64,000 bases of DNA from Phoronis australis. Taxonomy: Eukaryota > Animalia > Phoronida. The translations under genes were made by a program, and so were the position numbers. The DNA lies in assembly GCA_002633005.1 (NCBI GenBank), contig NMRA01000817.1, positions 23,518 through 87,517 of the forward strand. Reading direction: 5' to 3'. The first letter of the stretch is position 1. Each line of letters begins with the position of its first letter. The notes beneath the pieces are model-generated. The model did not search any database, had not been told where the DNA came from, and saw only the letters and a list, made by a program, of their open reading frames with translations. This document shows positions 1 through 12,165 of the stretch, piece after piece.

Positions 1-1443
1 CACTCAAAATCCTGGTGATAGGTCAGTTATTGCCTCACACTGATTAAACCATCAAACTCAGGTTACTATAAGTACCTTTCGCACGTAGAGGGACACCTTA
101 GGAGGCTGTCGGTGTCTTTTCCAACTTGAACAATTACTCCCATATTTGAACTTCTTTCATTCAGTTGCCTAAATCGACAGCTGATCATTTTTACACCGCG
201 GGTATCGGGGTATGTTGTATGTATTAATAATAACATTGTTTGTGGCCAAAATATAAGTACGAACTTCAAAAGCAGCACATATGTAAACAACGGCACATTG
301 ATCGACATTTCGATTTATTGTCTGTAAACCATTCTCAAGACAAAAGTTGACAATAGTCCAGTCAATTGACACAAGCAGGCATCGATCAATATGTCGTTTG
401 TGAAGTTCTTTAGGCTGTAAAGTGGCGCCACCTTGTATTTCCTCTCGTAACTTAGTGTTGCAATGTAAGTCACGTTATTGGGACCTCGCTGCCTTTATTG
501 ATGTTGTTTCACTTCTATTGACTGGAACTATTGTAAATCACTTCATTGTTTACATATCCACTGATTTTAAAGTATGTTGTAAGTGTGGCGTAGAATTTCC
601 GTTGACTGCTGGTTTGCTACTAGTGACTCATAAAGTCACAGCTGAGAGGTCAAGAACTTTGTTTATTTCATCGCACCTTTTAAGGGTGAAATATTTAAAA
701 AATAATGACATGTGACACAGTTACTAACATGTTTATGAGCCATATATGCAAAACCAGCTCTCAATGCATTGAAAATCATCAGGTTGTAATTTGCGAACGA
801 TCCAAAATCCCAGGTTGCATTTTCAAAATTCACCTCACATTCATAAATTCCAGCTCCCGAAAATTTTCTGGCATTTTTACGCACTGAAGTTGATTTTTAA
901 GTCATCGAATAAATATTTAGGTTATGCTCTTACCTGCAACATTAAATGAATCTTAAATTTCAAGTCGTAGAATTGGGTTCTTACGTGCATGCACAGCATT
1001 AGACTTACTGTTCTTCTGTTTGCCAAGTATCTGCCGACAAGTATAAAACTGGGCTCGCCTACGTTGCAAATTCCAAATCGCATGTTGCAACTTGATATGA
1101 GCTGGCTAAAATCTCGGTTCACTTATGTAAAGCGCTGAAATCAGCCTTACAAGTGCCCTGTGGTAGCTTTTCTGCCCATAAGGGTTATTTGTAGTCTTCG
1201 CAGGTTACAGTTAAGTAATGACCTTGACAAGTTCAACTGTAAAATACAAACAAAAAGTGTGCTTTTCAAGTTTTGTTCATGTTATTATGTTAGTATGGTA
1301 TCATAAAATTTGTATTGCACATTGACAAATATCTAGCAGGCAATTGGACATGATCGCGTATGCCAGTTTTGTGGCAGAAACCTTAACAATGACATCATCA
1401 AGCCCCTGCAATACTTAACATTCAGAAGGGATTTTCCTTGCAG

Positions 1444-1550
1444 ATCGACGAGGATTATGAGGGGTATAGCTTAGGTGTATTGAGTGTACCAAAGCATTAC
1501 GAAGATGATCTTGAGTGCATCCTCATTCCAAAGGGCCTTATATTAGACAG
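1444..1550 (+). CDS. HPRT1: Hypoxanthine-guanine phosphoribosyltransferase, exon equivalent to human exon 2 (IDEDYEGYSLGVLSVPKHYEDDLECILIPKGLILDR)
   Basis: ttccttgcag acceptor and AG|gtgagt donor. 107 bp, same size as human exon 2. Peptide aligns by eye with [36 protein letters not shown]. Confidence 0.93.
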
Positions 1551-3174
1551 GTGAGTGAAAGGTGAAAGCACTAGAATTGGGGTTACTACATTCTTGTAGT
1601 TTGGCCTCATAGCAAACACTAGAGTCGGTGCATCTACATGCCTCAAGTTGTATCAGTCTGTTTCTTTATTGCCACCACAAGAGAGATCCAAGTTGTGTCA
1701 CTGTTTACCAGATGCAATATGGTATATGTGAACTCTGCTTTTCAATTTCAAAATGGGATATTTTGGGATTGCTGAGATGATGTAAGTAATTCAGAGATTC
1801 TTTGGTTGTAATCTGTCCAGTGTTCTTGTCATGTTGTATTCTTTATGAACAAAATATTTCAAGTACTGTGAAGGCTTCCTGAAACTGCTTTGGTTTGAAG
1901 TGGTAATATGTTAACAGCATTTGTAAACGCTGTTGGTGTATTTACGTCAACCTCTATCCTACTTACATTCATGTACATCACTACGTGATTTCGTTTTGTA
2001 GACTCATTGTAGCCGTAGGCCTTCTTCAGGTTCTGCAGCATTCTTAGCAGAAAAAGTTTGGGTATCTGTGCCCGGTTACATGAAACAGTCCCAAATAGGG
2101 TATCAACTAAGTTCCCTAAATCTACTGCATATTTGCAGGCTTGTGAAAACACTGATTCTCCTATCTTATGCTGTTTGAGTATCATTACTATGCCAATTTT
2201 GGCTTTGATACAAATCGTGAGTGAACTCTACAATGAATGCTCAAAATTATTGAATATAAGTAGGGATCTTTTCATGCAACGCCCCTAATTTAAGGACAAA
2301 GTCCCTGATTATTTTTATTGAATTTAGCTCTCAGTTTTTAGTTAATATTATTAGAAAATGCTATTAGTCAAAGAAGAGCTCATAATAAAGACAAAATTAT
2401 AGAAATATTACATCTGTGCCTAAAGAACGGAACAAATTTATACAAATATTTAGGGAACTCTATAGTTGAATCCGTATTTGTGACTGTTTCATTCAACCGG
2501 CCACTAGGGCACTCAAGGTGGCAGGGTTCTGAACTTGGGGACTTTATGTTGCCAGCCTCTCACAATATCCATAATACCACCAAGTTGTTAATAATCTGAG
2601 AATGTTCTAATACCTGAAGATGGCCAGAGAAATGACCAACAGACACATTGTGCCACTATTTATGAGCTAAAAGTTGATGTAATTAGACCATTAGATTCTA
2701 GAAATGGAGTGTTGTGAAGACGTATCATGTAGTGGGTCTTACTTTATTTATAGTGGTAGAGTTGGTCTCTAATTGACACCTCCATAACATACAGAAATAT
2801 TTCACTAATTTCAGACAAAAATGAGTGGTTAAATTGACTTTTTTCACTTTTCAAATGCTGACTAACATTTTTGTAAATGCCGACAGTCTCTCAAAGCATT
2901 GTTTGATTGCATATATAGTGTAGAACTTAATCGAGGATTTATGCAGTGCGTCTTATTATTTTGAAGTCATGACTTTTCACTTGTGTATCATACCGTACCC
3001 TGAGTTGATAAGATTTCGCTGTACTTTGCTCAAAGTTTGTCTCTCTGTTTCAACCACTGTGTTGTCAACATGCTATTTGATATCTAGAGTTAGTAACTCT
3101 ATCTTTTTACCTGAATTATTTAAAATTTGTTCTCGTGCTCTAATCATGAAGAGCTATCTCTTGATGAAAGGTCT

Positions 3175-3177
<3 letters not shown>

Positions 3178-3225
<48 letters not shown>

Positions 3226-3300
3226 CTTTATTTAAGAGGATAAAAATACAATAAATGTAAAACATGCTTTAGCCAAAGGCTAATATCCAGCATGGTCCTG
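3178..3300 (-). mobile_element. 3' end of a CR1/L2-type LINE or related SINE with (TTA)n tail
   Basis: (AAT)15 at 3178-3222. On the minus strand it is preceded by AATAAA and a short stem-loop TAGCC-TTT-GGCTA, typical of retroposon 3' tails. Confidence 0.55.
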
Positions 3301-3604
3301 TTTTATGGTGACAGCACTTGATATTTACCTTGAAGGCCTGGTTTACATGATAAAACTGCATCTACTGTTTATTTATCTGTGATTGTCAAGCTAATAATTC
3401 ATAACCTGATGTCATAAACGTTTAAATATTGAGATACAGTTGTGATAGCCTCTGTTGATAAAAACTGTCGACTGGCGAGGACTGTGAACGTAATCTCTCT
3501 AGAACTATTAATACTTGTGTTCGGAACTTACAATATGCTATATAAGCAAAAGGTTTTTGCTATCCTTTTCAGACCCACGCAACACTAAGGCTCGAATGAG
3601 TGAA

Positions 3605-5874
3605 CGGGCAAATCACAATCAAGGTCCATATTCGGTGGCCACTTTTGGTGAAAACTTTTGGTGAAAAATTAAGGTTGTCATATAACTGTAAAAGCTGGGT
3701 TATTTTAAAGTACCATCATTCCAGGTTTGTAATCTAAAATATTTGTGCACAAGAACCACCAAATAAAATTTTATGGCCTAATGCATCGCAGTTGCATAAA
3801 AGGGTCCGTACACTACAACCTGTGGCCACAGCCCACTTCTATCGTGCAAAAATTCATAAGGTAGCTGTTAATTTATTAAGTTCTTGATCAAACTGAAGAA
3901 GTATCACATACTAAAGTAAGAAAAGTTATTACTGTGCTGATCAAGTTGTTCTAGATGATGATATATTGCATGTCTTAACACAGTATAATGAGAACTTCTT
4001 CTCTTGCAATATGATTCTCACAAAAAGAAAATGACAGGTAACTACTTTTTTCAAAAACTTTATTGGTACTATTTGCCTAGTTTTCAACACATTCACCAGT
4101 TGGTCAAATTAGTTAAAGCAATGTTAGGCCCAGCCTTCAACTTGTAAACAGTAAAAAATGGTANCTGGGTGGGGGGTACGTACACTACGCACAGTCAATC
4201 AACGTCAAATTTTGACTAAGTTACAAATGTATGGGATTATCTTGAGTTTTGTGCTGTCTCTACTAGTTGTTTTGTTGCAAGTTGTCTTGAGAGATAGAGA
4301 ACCTGCCTCTGCAATATCAGTTGTCACATGACATGTTTTCAAGGATGTTTCTAGCCAAGACCTGTGTGCAGTGTGTGGCATTTTATTTCCCACAAAATTA
4401 ATAATGTCCATCGTTTTTTTGTTTTGGATGCATTTTGGAAATATCAGTATTGTTCATGAGAACAGCAGTATGTAAAAATTCTTGTGGGCAATACTTTATA
4501 GCACAGAGGTTGGATGTTTGTACACTACATGGGGGTACGTACACTACATTTCAATGACTTGTCAGGTTTATAAAAAATCTACTGAGAGTTCACTTACCAA
4601 ATCTATTCAAAGGGATCAAACAAAAAGTACAGCATAAATTTTTTTATCTGTCTGTCATTCTTTGAAAACAGGCACATGTTATTAAAATATAGGGGCACAT
4701 ACACTACACTTAATGCTAATATTTCACTCAAAACAAATGCATTTGTACTTAACACCCTTTTAACCTAGCATTTTCAGTGGAGGAAACTGTCAATGACATG
4801 TCAGGTTTGTAACTAAATACTAAGAATCTACTGAGAGTTAGTTGATTTACAAAATCAATTCAAAGAGTAAAAATAAAAAGTAAAGCATTCATGCGCAAAT
4901 TTGCCATACTTTGAAAATAGGCACAAATTAAAGTGCGGGGGTACGCACACTACACAAAAGCTAATATTTCACTCAAAACTTATGTATTTGCAATAAACAC
5001 CTTTTTAACCTAACATTTTTAAAGAAGGAAACTGTCTATGACCAGTGTTGCTCACTTTCCAAGTGATATTTTAATTTCATAGCATTTGTAAACATGGGAG
5101 TACATACACTACAAAAGGGGGTACGTACACTACATCACTGTTTCTGCATCACATGGTAACATAATGTTGTATGGCCATTTATTTTTCTTTGGTGATAATA
5201 AGCACCATGTTGTTATTTAAAAGGCAATGATTTCATTTGCAATGACCATTTGTGTTATTGAATTCCACATGGGGGCAGGTACTGTTAGCCTTTTTGGCCC
5301 ATTTTCACCGTAGCAGAACCCAGTCAATATCCAAACTTTTGGTTTGTTTAGATATTGAATAATTTGCTGTGTTTCCTAGGCTAACATATTCTACAGTTCT
5401 TTTTATTACAGAGAGTGAACTTTAGTTTTTAACCCTCTTTACAGTAGGTAAGGGTTAGAAACGCAGAATTCACAAATTTCGTAACGAGTGCCTGTTTTAT
5501 GATGAACCCTACCATTTCTAAATGATTAGGCACAACTTCGTCTAAGTGATTCTGAAAGTGATTCAAGTTATTCCCAGTCATATCAAAGCAATTGCTTACT
5601 TAATAAAATAAATTTCTTTTCTACTGTTGACAGTTGAAAATTGTAATTTTTAAAATGGCCACTCGTAACGCTAAAGATGCATGAAATTCATAGACAAAAA
5701 CATGCATATATTTCTCAAACATTGTCCGATTTTGATGATTCTTTTTTAATTTGCACAACTAAACAACTCTTTGCATATGAGATTCAGTTGGCATTTGGTA
5801 AGTGACCAAACAAATTTATTTTAGACTCTAACACAATCAACTCTCGAATATGGACCTTGATTGTGATTTAGCCG
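3605..5874. mobile_element. Non-autonomous TIR DNA transposon (~2.3 kb), superfamily uncertain
   Basis: 30-bp TIRs CGGGCAAATCACAATCAAGGTCCATATTCG ... CGAATATGGACCTTGATTGTGATTTAGCCG. Flanks TGAA/TGAC may be an imperfect 4-bp TSD. Internal repeats; no long ORF. Confidence 0.8.
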
Positions 5875-5972
5875 TGACGTTAGTGGAAGTGAGTTTCTCT
5901 GTTGAAATCGACCAACTTGATTTGATCCATGAATTTATCTTGTGCTATATTAATTAATTAATTGAGATCATT

Positions 5973-7490
5973 GCCAGTGACATCACAGCTGAGTTTGCTG
6001 GCCAACCTGTTGAAGCGTTGTGTTTCATAATCCATTACAATCTTACAGGGTTGAACACGTGGCCTGTGACATCACAGTCGAATTTGCTGGCCAACCTGTA
6101 GTAGCGTTGTGTTTCATAATCCATTACAGAGTTTCCCCTGCGTGTAAACTTCTGGGCGGCCCGCCACGCTCCTTTTTGGCCCCGCCCACTCGTAAATCAT
6201 ACTCAAATTGACCGTCACACACCTAATCATGACGGGGAAACTTCACCGCCACGCAAAAATTGGTAGTAAAAATGATCGCTGGTAAAAATTATCGCTATTA
6301 AAATGACCTAGTAAAAATGATTGCTTGCAAAATGATGGCTAGTAAAATGATGGCTAGTAAAATGAATAAGTACAAGTCACACGGCACCTTTCGCCATTTG
6401 TGGATCGAAAGGGAAAAATAATAATTTTACAATGGTATCTTGAATTGTGCCCCAGTTAAACACAATCATTCAATCCCCTATCCCCATCCGTACCTCGTTT
6501 CTGCCTGGCTATCCGACAATGCAGAAAACTTAATACAGCCGGGGACCAGACAAGGACCTCGATACGAAATTTCTAAAATGAGAAAGTTCCAGGGCTTGCT
6601 AATGAAGTTAGAAACAGTAAGATTTCTGCTTCATTCATTTTATCGTGTCCGAGACATTGTGAATTATACTGGAGGGCGTGACATCCAACTGTTTAATCAA
6701 CCATAGCCCTGCGCCAAAATGGCGTTATTGAATGTTAAGCAGTCTTAGATTCGTCTGAATGGACTATGGACTGGATTATACTTCGTCTGCTACGCCTGCC
6801 AACGCCAATCCACTATCACTGATTTATGTTTAGCAAGACGATATCAATGGAAGTTTTGTTACACGAATTAGTTTATTACGTCTACAAAGTTCACATATTT
6901 TTGTTCTATGTTTGTCACTCCGTGGATAATTGAATTTGAACACTATTTTTTGTACTCAAGACAAGTGCGACAGAGATTACACTGTGCCGGATACTTCCTT
7001 GCCAATTTGTCTTGCGAAATGTCCTTTACCGAGATACTTCCACTACATGATGCTCGGGTTGGGGTATTGTCTATGACAAGCAAACTGCAACCAATTACAT
7101 CTAATTTTCAAATTTTGCCTGGGGAAGGTCACCCCCCTCACTTTATCCCATGCTCGCATGTGGCGCCGGGGTCCACATCCGCGTCGAGCATTCACCACCA
7201 CGCTCCTTTCGAAACCCAGACGATAGGGGGATCCAACTTCTCATATTCGTGTGCAGCAACACGCTTTGCACCCCGTTTTGGCCATTTACCACCACGCTCC
7301 TTTCAAAACCCAGGGGAAACATTGCATTACATTCTTACAGGGTTTAGCGCATGGCCTGTTACATCACAGCCAAGTTTGCAGGCCAACCTGTTGTAGTGTT
7401 GTCTTTCATAATCCATTACATTCTTACAGGGTTGAGCGCATGGCCTGTGACATCACAGCCGAGTTTGCTGGCCAACCTGTAGTTGCGTTG
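5973..7490 (+). repeat. 89-bp tandem repeat of the HPRT intron 2/exon 3 junction (about 3.5 copies, one split by a transposon)
   Basis: Unit tttcataatccattacattcttacag|GGTTGAGCGCATGGCCTGTGACATCACAGCCGAGTTTGCTGGCCAACCTGTAGTTGCGTTGTG. AG acceptors end at 6048, 7340 and 7429. Confidence 0.92.
6127..7324. mobile_element. hAT-like non-autonomous element with 5-bp TSD (hAT5-like)
   Basis: TIRs CAGAGTTTCCCCTG ... CAGGGGAAACATTG. Exact TSD CATTA at 6122-6126 and 7325-7329; removing the element restores an intact 89-bp repeat unit. Internal ~15-18 bp repeats (TAGTAAAATGATGGC) at ~6262-6366. Confidence 0.88.
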
Positions 7491-7613
7491 TGTGTGTTGA
7501 AGGGAGGTTACAAGTTCTTTGGTGATCTCCTGGACAAGATAAAGCAAGTGATCCGCTATGCTGGCAAGTCTATACCACTGTCTATTGACTTCATTAGATT
7601 AAAGAGTTATCAG
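7430..7613 (+). CDS. HPRT1: HPRT exon 3 ([61 protein letters not shown])
   Basis: ttcttacag acceptor and CAG|gtaagc donor. 184 bp; phase 2 entry matches the previous exon. Contains CVLKGG and DFIRLKSY motifs. Confidence 0.95.
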
Positions 7614-8150
7614 GTAAGCACTTGTTGTGATGCTGGTTTCTAAGATGGTGGTCATGTGCCGGCATAAGTCAAATTTCACGTGTAATGGTCTACTCTATCT
7701 CTCTTCATGGCCATTTTAATTTTCAATTAGATTTTGCTTGCCAAAATACTTTACAGGTGATATTTAGTAGTATTTAGCTGAGCACTGGTAGAATTTTGCT
7801 CACATGTGTGTCATTTTCTGACAGTTTTAACATCTCAAGCACCCCCTGGTGGCCATCTAGGTGAAGTTTTTCACATTTTGTTGCCAACAGTCAGTTTCTC
7901 TATGATATCGACTAGAAAACTAATTGAATGATCTGGGTGAAACATACCAAAGATGTATTATGGTGGGAATGGCCATGAAACAATTAATTTTCATTGAGAT
8001 TCTTCTACTGTGGAAGCCCCTATTGGTCATTTTGGGTGTCTACAAGTTATTATAAAATGTCCTCCCCTGACACCTATATAGTCAGCCATGTTGAAATTTG
8101 ATAATCCATTGGAGTGTAAACACATATCACTGTTGGAGTTATTTCTTCAG

Positions 8151-8216
8151 GGTGGAGAACAATCTACTGAAATCAAGGTGATAGGAGGAGATGATCTTTC
8201 AAATTTAACGAACAAG
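8151..8216 (+). CDS. HPRT1: HPRT exon 4 (GGEQSTEIKVIGGDDLSNLTNK)
   Basis: tttcttcag acceptor and AAG|gtact donor. 66 bp. IKVIGGDDLS motif. Confidence 0.94.
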
Positions 8217-9097
8217 GTACTGTTATCTGATTGATGCAATCACAAACATTTATTATGTTTGCATTTGTACTGGACATAATGATTACCCAGAGTCTAAGTG
8301 AAAATGTAATTTTAGTATAGTCTGGAAAATAATGAGCTGTGTTTTAAAAGGTTAAATGTAGACAGAGGGATCTAATACTGCTGACTTGCTGAATATTTGC
8401 TCTTGAAGACGTATCTCGTTAAAAACTGGCTTTCTAACAAGCGCCACCAATTGAAACCATGGAAAAGGATGTGTCAAAATGTAATCGAGCAATCTTTTTC
8501 GCATACAAACTGTGTTTGGCATGAAAATCCTGGAAACAAATCAACATGAAAAACTAATGTCATGCAGATTTGGCTTAGATGTCAAACAGTATGCTCACTA
8601 AGATGGCTGTCTGATGAACACAGAATTGAAATTTGGTGACATACCATTATGGTGGTGGTTGACTGAATGGGGTTTTTACGGGAAATCTCATTTTTGTCAG
8701 AAATGTGGAGTAGAAATGTAAGCAAATCCTTAGAATTTGCACTGTTAGAGCATCAAAATTATTTGCTGATGGGTTTTGTTTTCATTCTTTGCTCTTGGCA
8801 ACTGATTTGGAGTTTGAGAATCAAAAATTGAACAGCGTTTATTATTCAATACCAAGGAGTATGATATGCCTCACCCATATTGACATAATTTGCCTAATGA
8901 ATACATTGTGATGAATAGGTCTGTCCCAATTGGAGTGCTGGTCAAAAAACAAGTTTCATAACATGGTAGGGCTGACTGGTGCTTTGAAATTTAATTGGCT
9001 TCTGCCAGTGTTCATAGACAACAACTGCAAGGCCTTGGGCCATGAGTCAAACAACCTCTTTGAATAGACACAAAGGGGTCAGATTGAACTTGTCTTA

Positions 9098-10512
9098 CCG
9101 TATTCGCCGTAATAACCGCCCAGGGAGCTTAGAAAAGTTCGGTTCAGGGGGAGGGGCGCTTATTATAACCCAAGACGATTGAAACCCGGTCTCTGAAACG
9201 AGTGAAATCGGAAGCTAAGATTCATCAAATTTACGCTCTGTGATGTATATGTAAACTATGAAAGATTTCAACAAAACTGTGGTGCATTGCTATCAAACTT
9301 TGCTGCTAAATTACGGTCATTTTACAGAAAATTGTGCTGAAATCCCAGGGCGAAAACTGGCTGACTGACTGCCTCGAAATCGCCGTCTTCGATATGGCGA
9401 CTTCAATGCTTGAATAAAAATGGTTTCGACTCGAGCAAATTACCTGAAATCCTCATTAAGTTTTATAAGTAGCGTCTCTAAGATTTTTTAAGTTCCTGTG
9501 GAGTCTGGATTAACGGCAGGTTTAAGTACAAATCTGTGCAACATCGTGCCATCTACATGTATGATCGGCAACACAGCGAGAAAAATGTCTGGACGAACAC
9601 ACATGTTGTTGTCACATGACGTTTGTTTTGAAGTTCGTCTGTGAGTAAGTGAGCGCGTGCGTGTCACCAGAGTTCATTTGCCAAAGCACAGGCCAGAGCC
9701 ACGTAATCTAACTAGCTACATGTGTCTAAAGAAATTTGCACAACCTGTAGGCCTAAACCAGAGTGTGTTTCATCCAACACTTGCCGGTCTCGTGCTTAAA
9801 GCTTTCGACATTTTTCTCGGTAAGGCCCATATTAGTCGCCGTGTAGCTGGATGCGTACGTAACTATCTGACAGTTATTTTTCGGTGTAAGGGTGTGTAAG
9901 CATTCACTGTCAGTTGTCATTTTATCGGATATTGGGCTTAAAAACATCAATTATAATGGTTAAGCAAACAATCCATCTCAAAAATAACGCAAACATGTTT
10001 TATAGTAGGCCTATTAGAAATTGTCGGAAATTAGTGCCAATATTCATTTCTTATTGATGCTATGCTACCCGTTTCATGAATGGATAGTTCCCGACTAATG
10101 TCTTTGATGACAGGTTCATGTATGTAGTGCGCGCTTCCTCGCCATGCGCGTTTAACACCGAGTTATTTTTATTCATGAGACAGTCGATGTGTCTACTGAA
10201 AGGTCAGACCATAGTGGGACATGGTCGTCGCAAGAGCGTAGCAACGCTGTTGCATTCTTTTTGAAACACTGCGTTACTTTGAAGTGTAAAGTCACGACTA
10301 AATACAAACGTAGCAGTGCCGCTGGTGGTCTAGTAGATCCGTGCAAAAAATTTTTGATAAATTGAAGACGTTACTGTAGCCGTGTTTTAGGACTGTAGGT
10401 ACGTCATTGTTCGCATGTACACGTTCATGGACTGGGCGCTTATTTCAGCAAAGTCTGAAAACGCGTCGGGGGGCGCTTATAGGGGCATCGGCGGTTATTA
10501 GGGCGAATACGG
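9098..10512. mobile_element. Tc1/mariner-superfamily (pogo/Tc2-like) non-autonomous element
   Basis: TIRs CCGTATTCGCCGTAATAACCGCC ... GGCGGTTATTAGGGCGAATACGG with TA on both sides. Subterminal GGGCGCTTAT motifs near both ends. Confidence 0.88.
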
Positions 10513-10894
10513 TATTCATAGTCAAGGGAGGGCCTTTTAGTTGTCTTTGAACATTGGCAGAGCCTGACGACATATCTGCAGGAACCACTCAATTATCAAT
10601 ACCCAGAAATCAGGCAGCTCCGTTGGGAAAACTATTTTAAAGTAAATTCTAGATTTTAGGATTTGTATTTTTTTCGCATCCGCTTCAGTTATGTTATAGC
10701 AGAGACACCAAGGGACATAGTAAATGCATTTAACAACTTCATATGTTTACATTGGGTATAACACCAGTGTTATTTTAACACCATACTGGAACTGACTTAT
10801 CCTTGTCTAGTGTAATTCTGTGAACTTTAGATTTATATTATTTAACCATTAAATTGACATTCTTTGTAATCAGTGGTGGCACTGTTGTTTTCAG

Positions 10895-11045
10895 AATGTG
10901 TTAATTGTTGAAGACATCATCGATACTGGTAACACCATGATCAAGTTATTGAAAATAGTTGAGAGTTATAAGCCCAAGTCAGTCAAGGTAGCCAGCTTGT
11001 TGGTGAAGCGAAAGAGTGATCGGCGTAGTGACTACAGACCTGATT
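10895..11045 (+). CDS. HPRT1: HPRT exon covering human exons 5-7 ([50 protein letters not shown])
   Basis: ttttcag acceptor and T|gtgagt donor. PRPP-binding motif VEDIIDTG retains the catalytic Asp, so it is HPRT-type rather than PRTFDC1-type. Confidence 0.96.
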
Positions 11046-11240
11046 GTGAGTTGCATTGTTACATGGCACACACACGAGTGTGGGTGTAGGTTGTAGTCAT
11101 CATCAGTAGGTGACTCACTGTCTGCACATCTCAATTCCCTGGGAGGATCTATCGCAAATTTGCCGGGTCTGTTCCTATGAATATGGCAACAGATGAGGAT
11201 GTCTTCGGCATCTTCGCAGAACTTCACATTTATGTATTAT

Positions 11241-11744
11241 CAGGGCTTGGAATTTTCCGTGGAAACGCGGATTTCCGCTTTTTTCAAATGTGCTTTCCGC
11301 TTTTTTTATAATATTTCCGCGTAAAAAAATCGGATTTGATATGAAATTTCCGCGGCAAATTCCTTTCTTACCGCGGCGTTGCAGACGACGTTCACCTCGA
11401 AAAGCGGAAGTTGCTCTTTATGTTTCGGAGGAACGTAAATTGTCAACATTGCCGGGGCATCTGGGACAGCATGGTGGGATTTTCAATGGTGTCTCGTGTT
11501 ATTGTTAAGCGCGGCGACAAATACTACCGCTCTGCAGCCAAAAATGTGTGGGTTGGGAGTGGACGGGCGAGCTAAAAGGACGCAGATGCATGCTACTGAT
11601 GGTGGTAACGTTTTTTTTAGTCCTCCCGATTTTTGTCGGGGAAAGGTTCACATTGACCATTTCAAGGCTGGTTATCGGGCATGATTTGGGCCGTAAAAGT
11701 TTCAAAGTTTCCCCGTTTTTTGTCATTGGTCATTCCAAGCCCTG
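11241..11744. mobile_element. hAT-like MITE with 6-bp TSD (hAT6-like)
   Basis: TIRs CAGGGCTTGGAAT ... ATTCCAAGCCCTG. TATTAT directly flanks both ends. Confidence 0.85.
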
Positions 11745-11839
11745 TATTATGGAGGGGTAAATTTTTTGATATGGGCTGTTTAGGAGCTATATCAGTATTT
11801 TCAAGTCCCTTTTTGCATTATCCTTTTTGTCTACAAAAC

Positions 11840-12165
11840 TGCTCTTTATGTTTTGGAGGAACGTAAATTGTCAACATTGCCGGGGCATCTAGGATAGCGT
11901 GGTGGGATTTTCAATGGCGTCACGTGTGATTGTAAACCGCAGTGACAAATACTACGGCTCTGCAGCCAAAAATGTGTGGGGGTGGGAGTGGACGGTCGAG
12001 CTAAGAAGATGCAGACGCATGCTACTGATGGTGGTAACGTTTTTTTTCTTAGTCCTCCCGATTTTTGTTGGCGAAAGGTTCACACCAGCTATTTCAAGGC
12101 TCGGTAGCGCGCATAGTTTGGGCTGTACGTTCCACGTCTTTTGTCATTGGTCATTCCAAGCCCTG
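11840..12165. mobile_element. Diverged second copy of the right ~330 bp of the 11241-11744 element
   Basis: Collinear with ~11412-11744 (GCTCTTTATGTTT.GGAGGAACGTAAATTGTCAACATTGCCGGGGCATCT...) and ends in the same ATTCCAAGCCCTG TIR. No matching left TIR seen. Confidence 0.8.

Noticed and set aside
391-1420. Candidates for HPRT exon 1 (ATGTCGTTTGTGAAG at 391; ATGACATCATCAAGCCCC at 1389)
   Set aside because: Neither has a phase-0 GT donor in the right place, so the first exon is left unassigned and may lie upstream of the window.
2969-3235. ORF with poly-Ile tail; also ORFs crossing N gaps at 32608-32919 and 52689-53071
   Set aside because: Artefacts of a microsatellite and of assembly gaps.
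6020-6211. Mutually exclusive alternative HPRT exon 3
   Set aside because: Only the first ~60 nt of the exon are copied, with no LKGG-onward sequence and no matching donor. Treated as a junction repeat instead.
6908-7396. 162-aa ORF inside the hAT-like element
   Set aside because: No transposase motifs, and it runs through the TIR into flanking repeat; probably a chance ORF.
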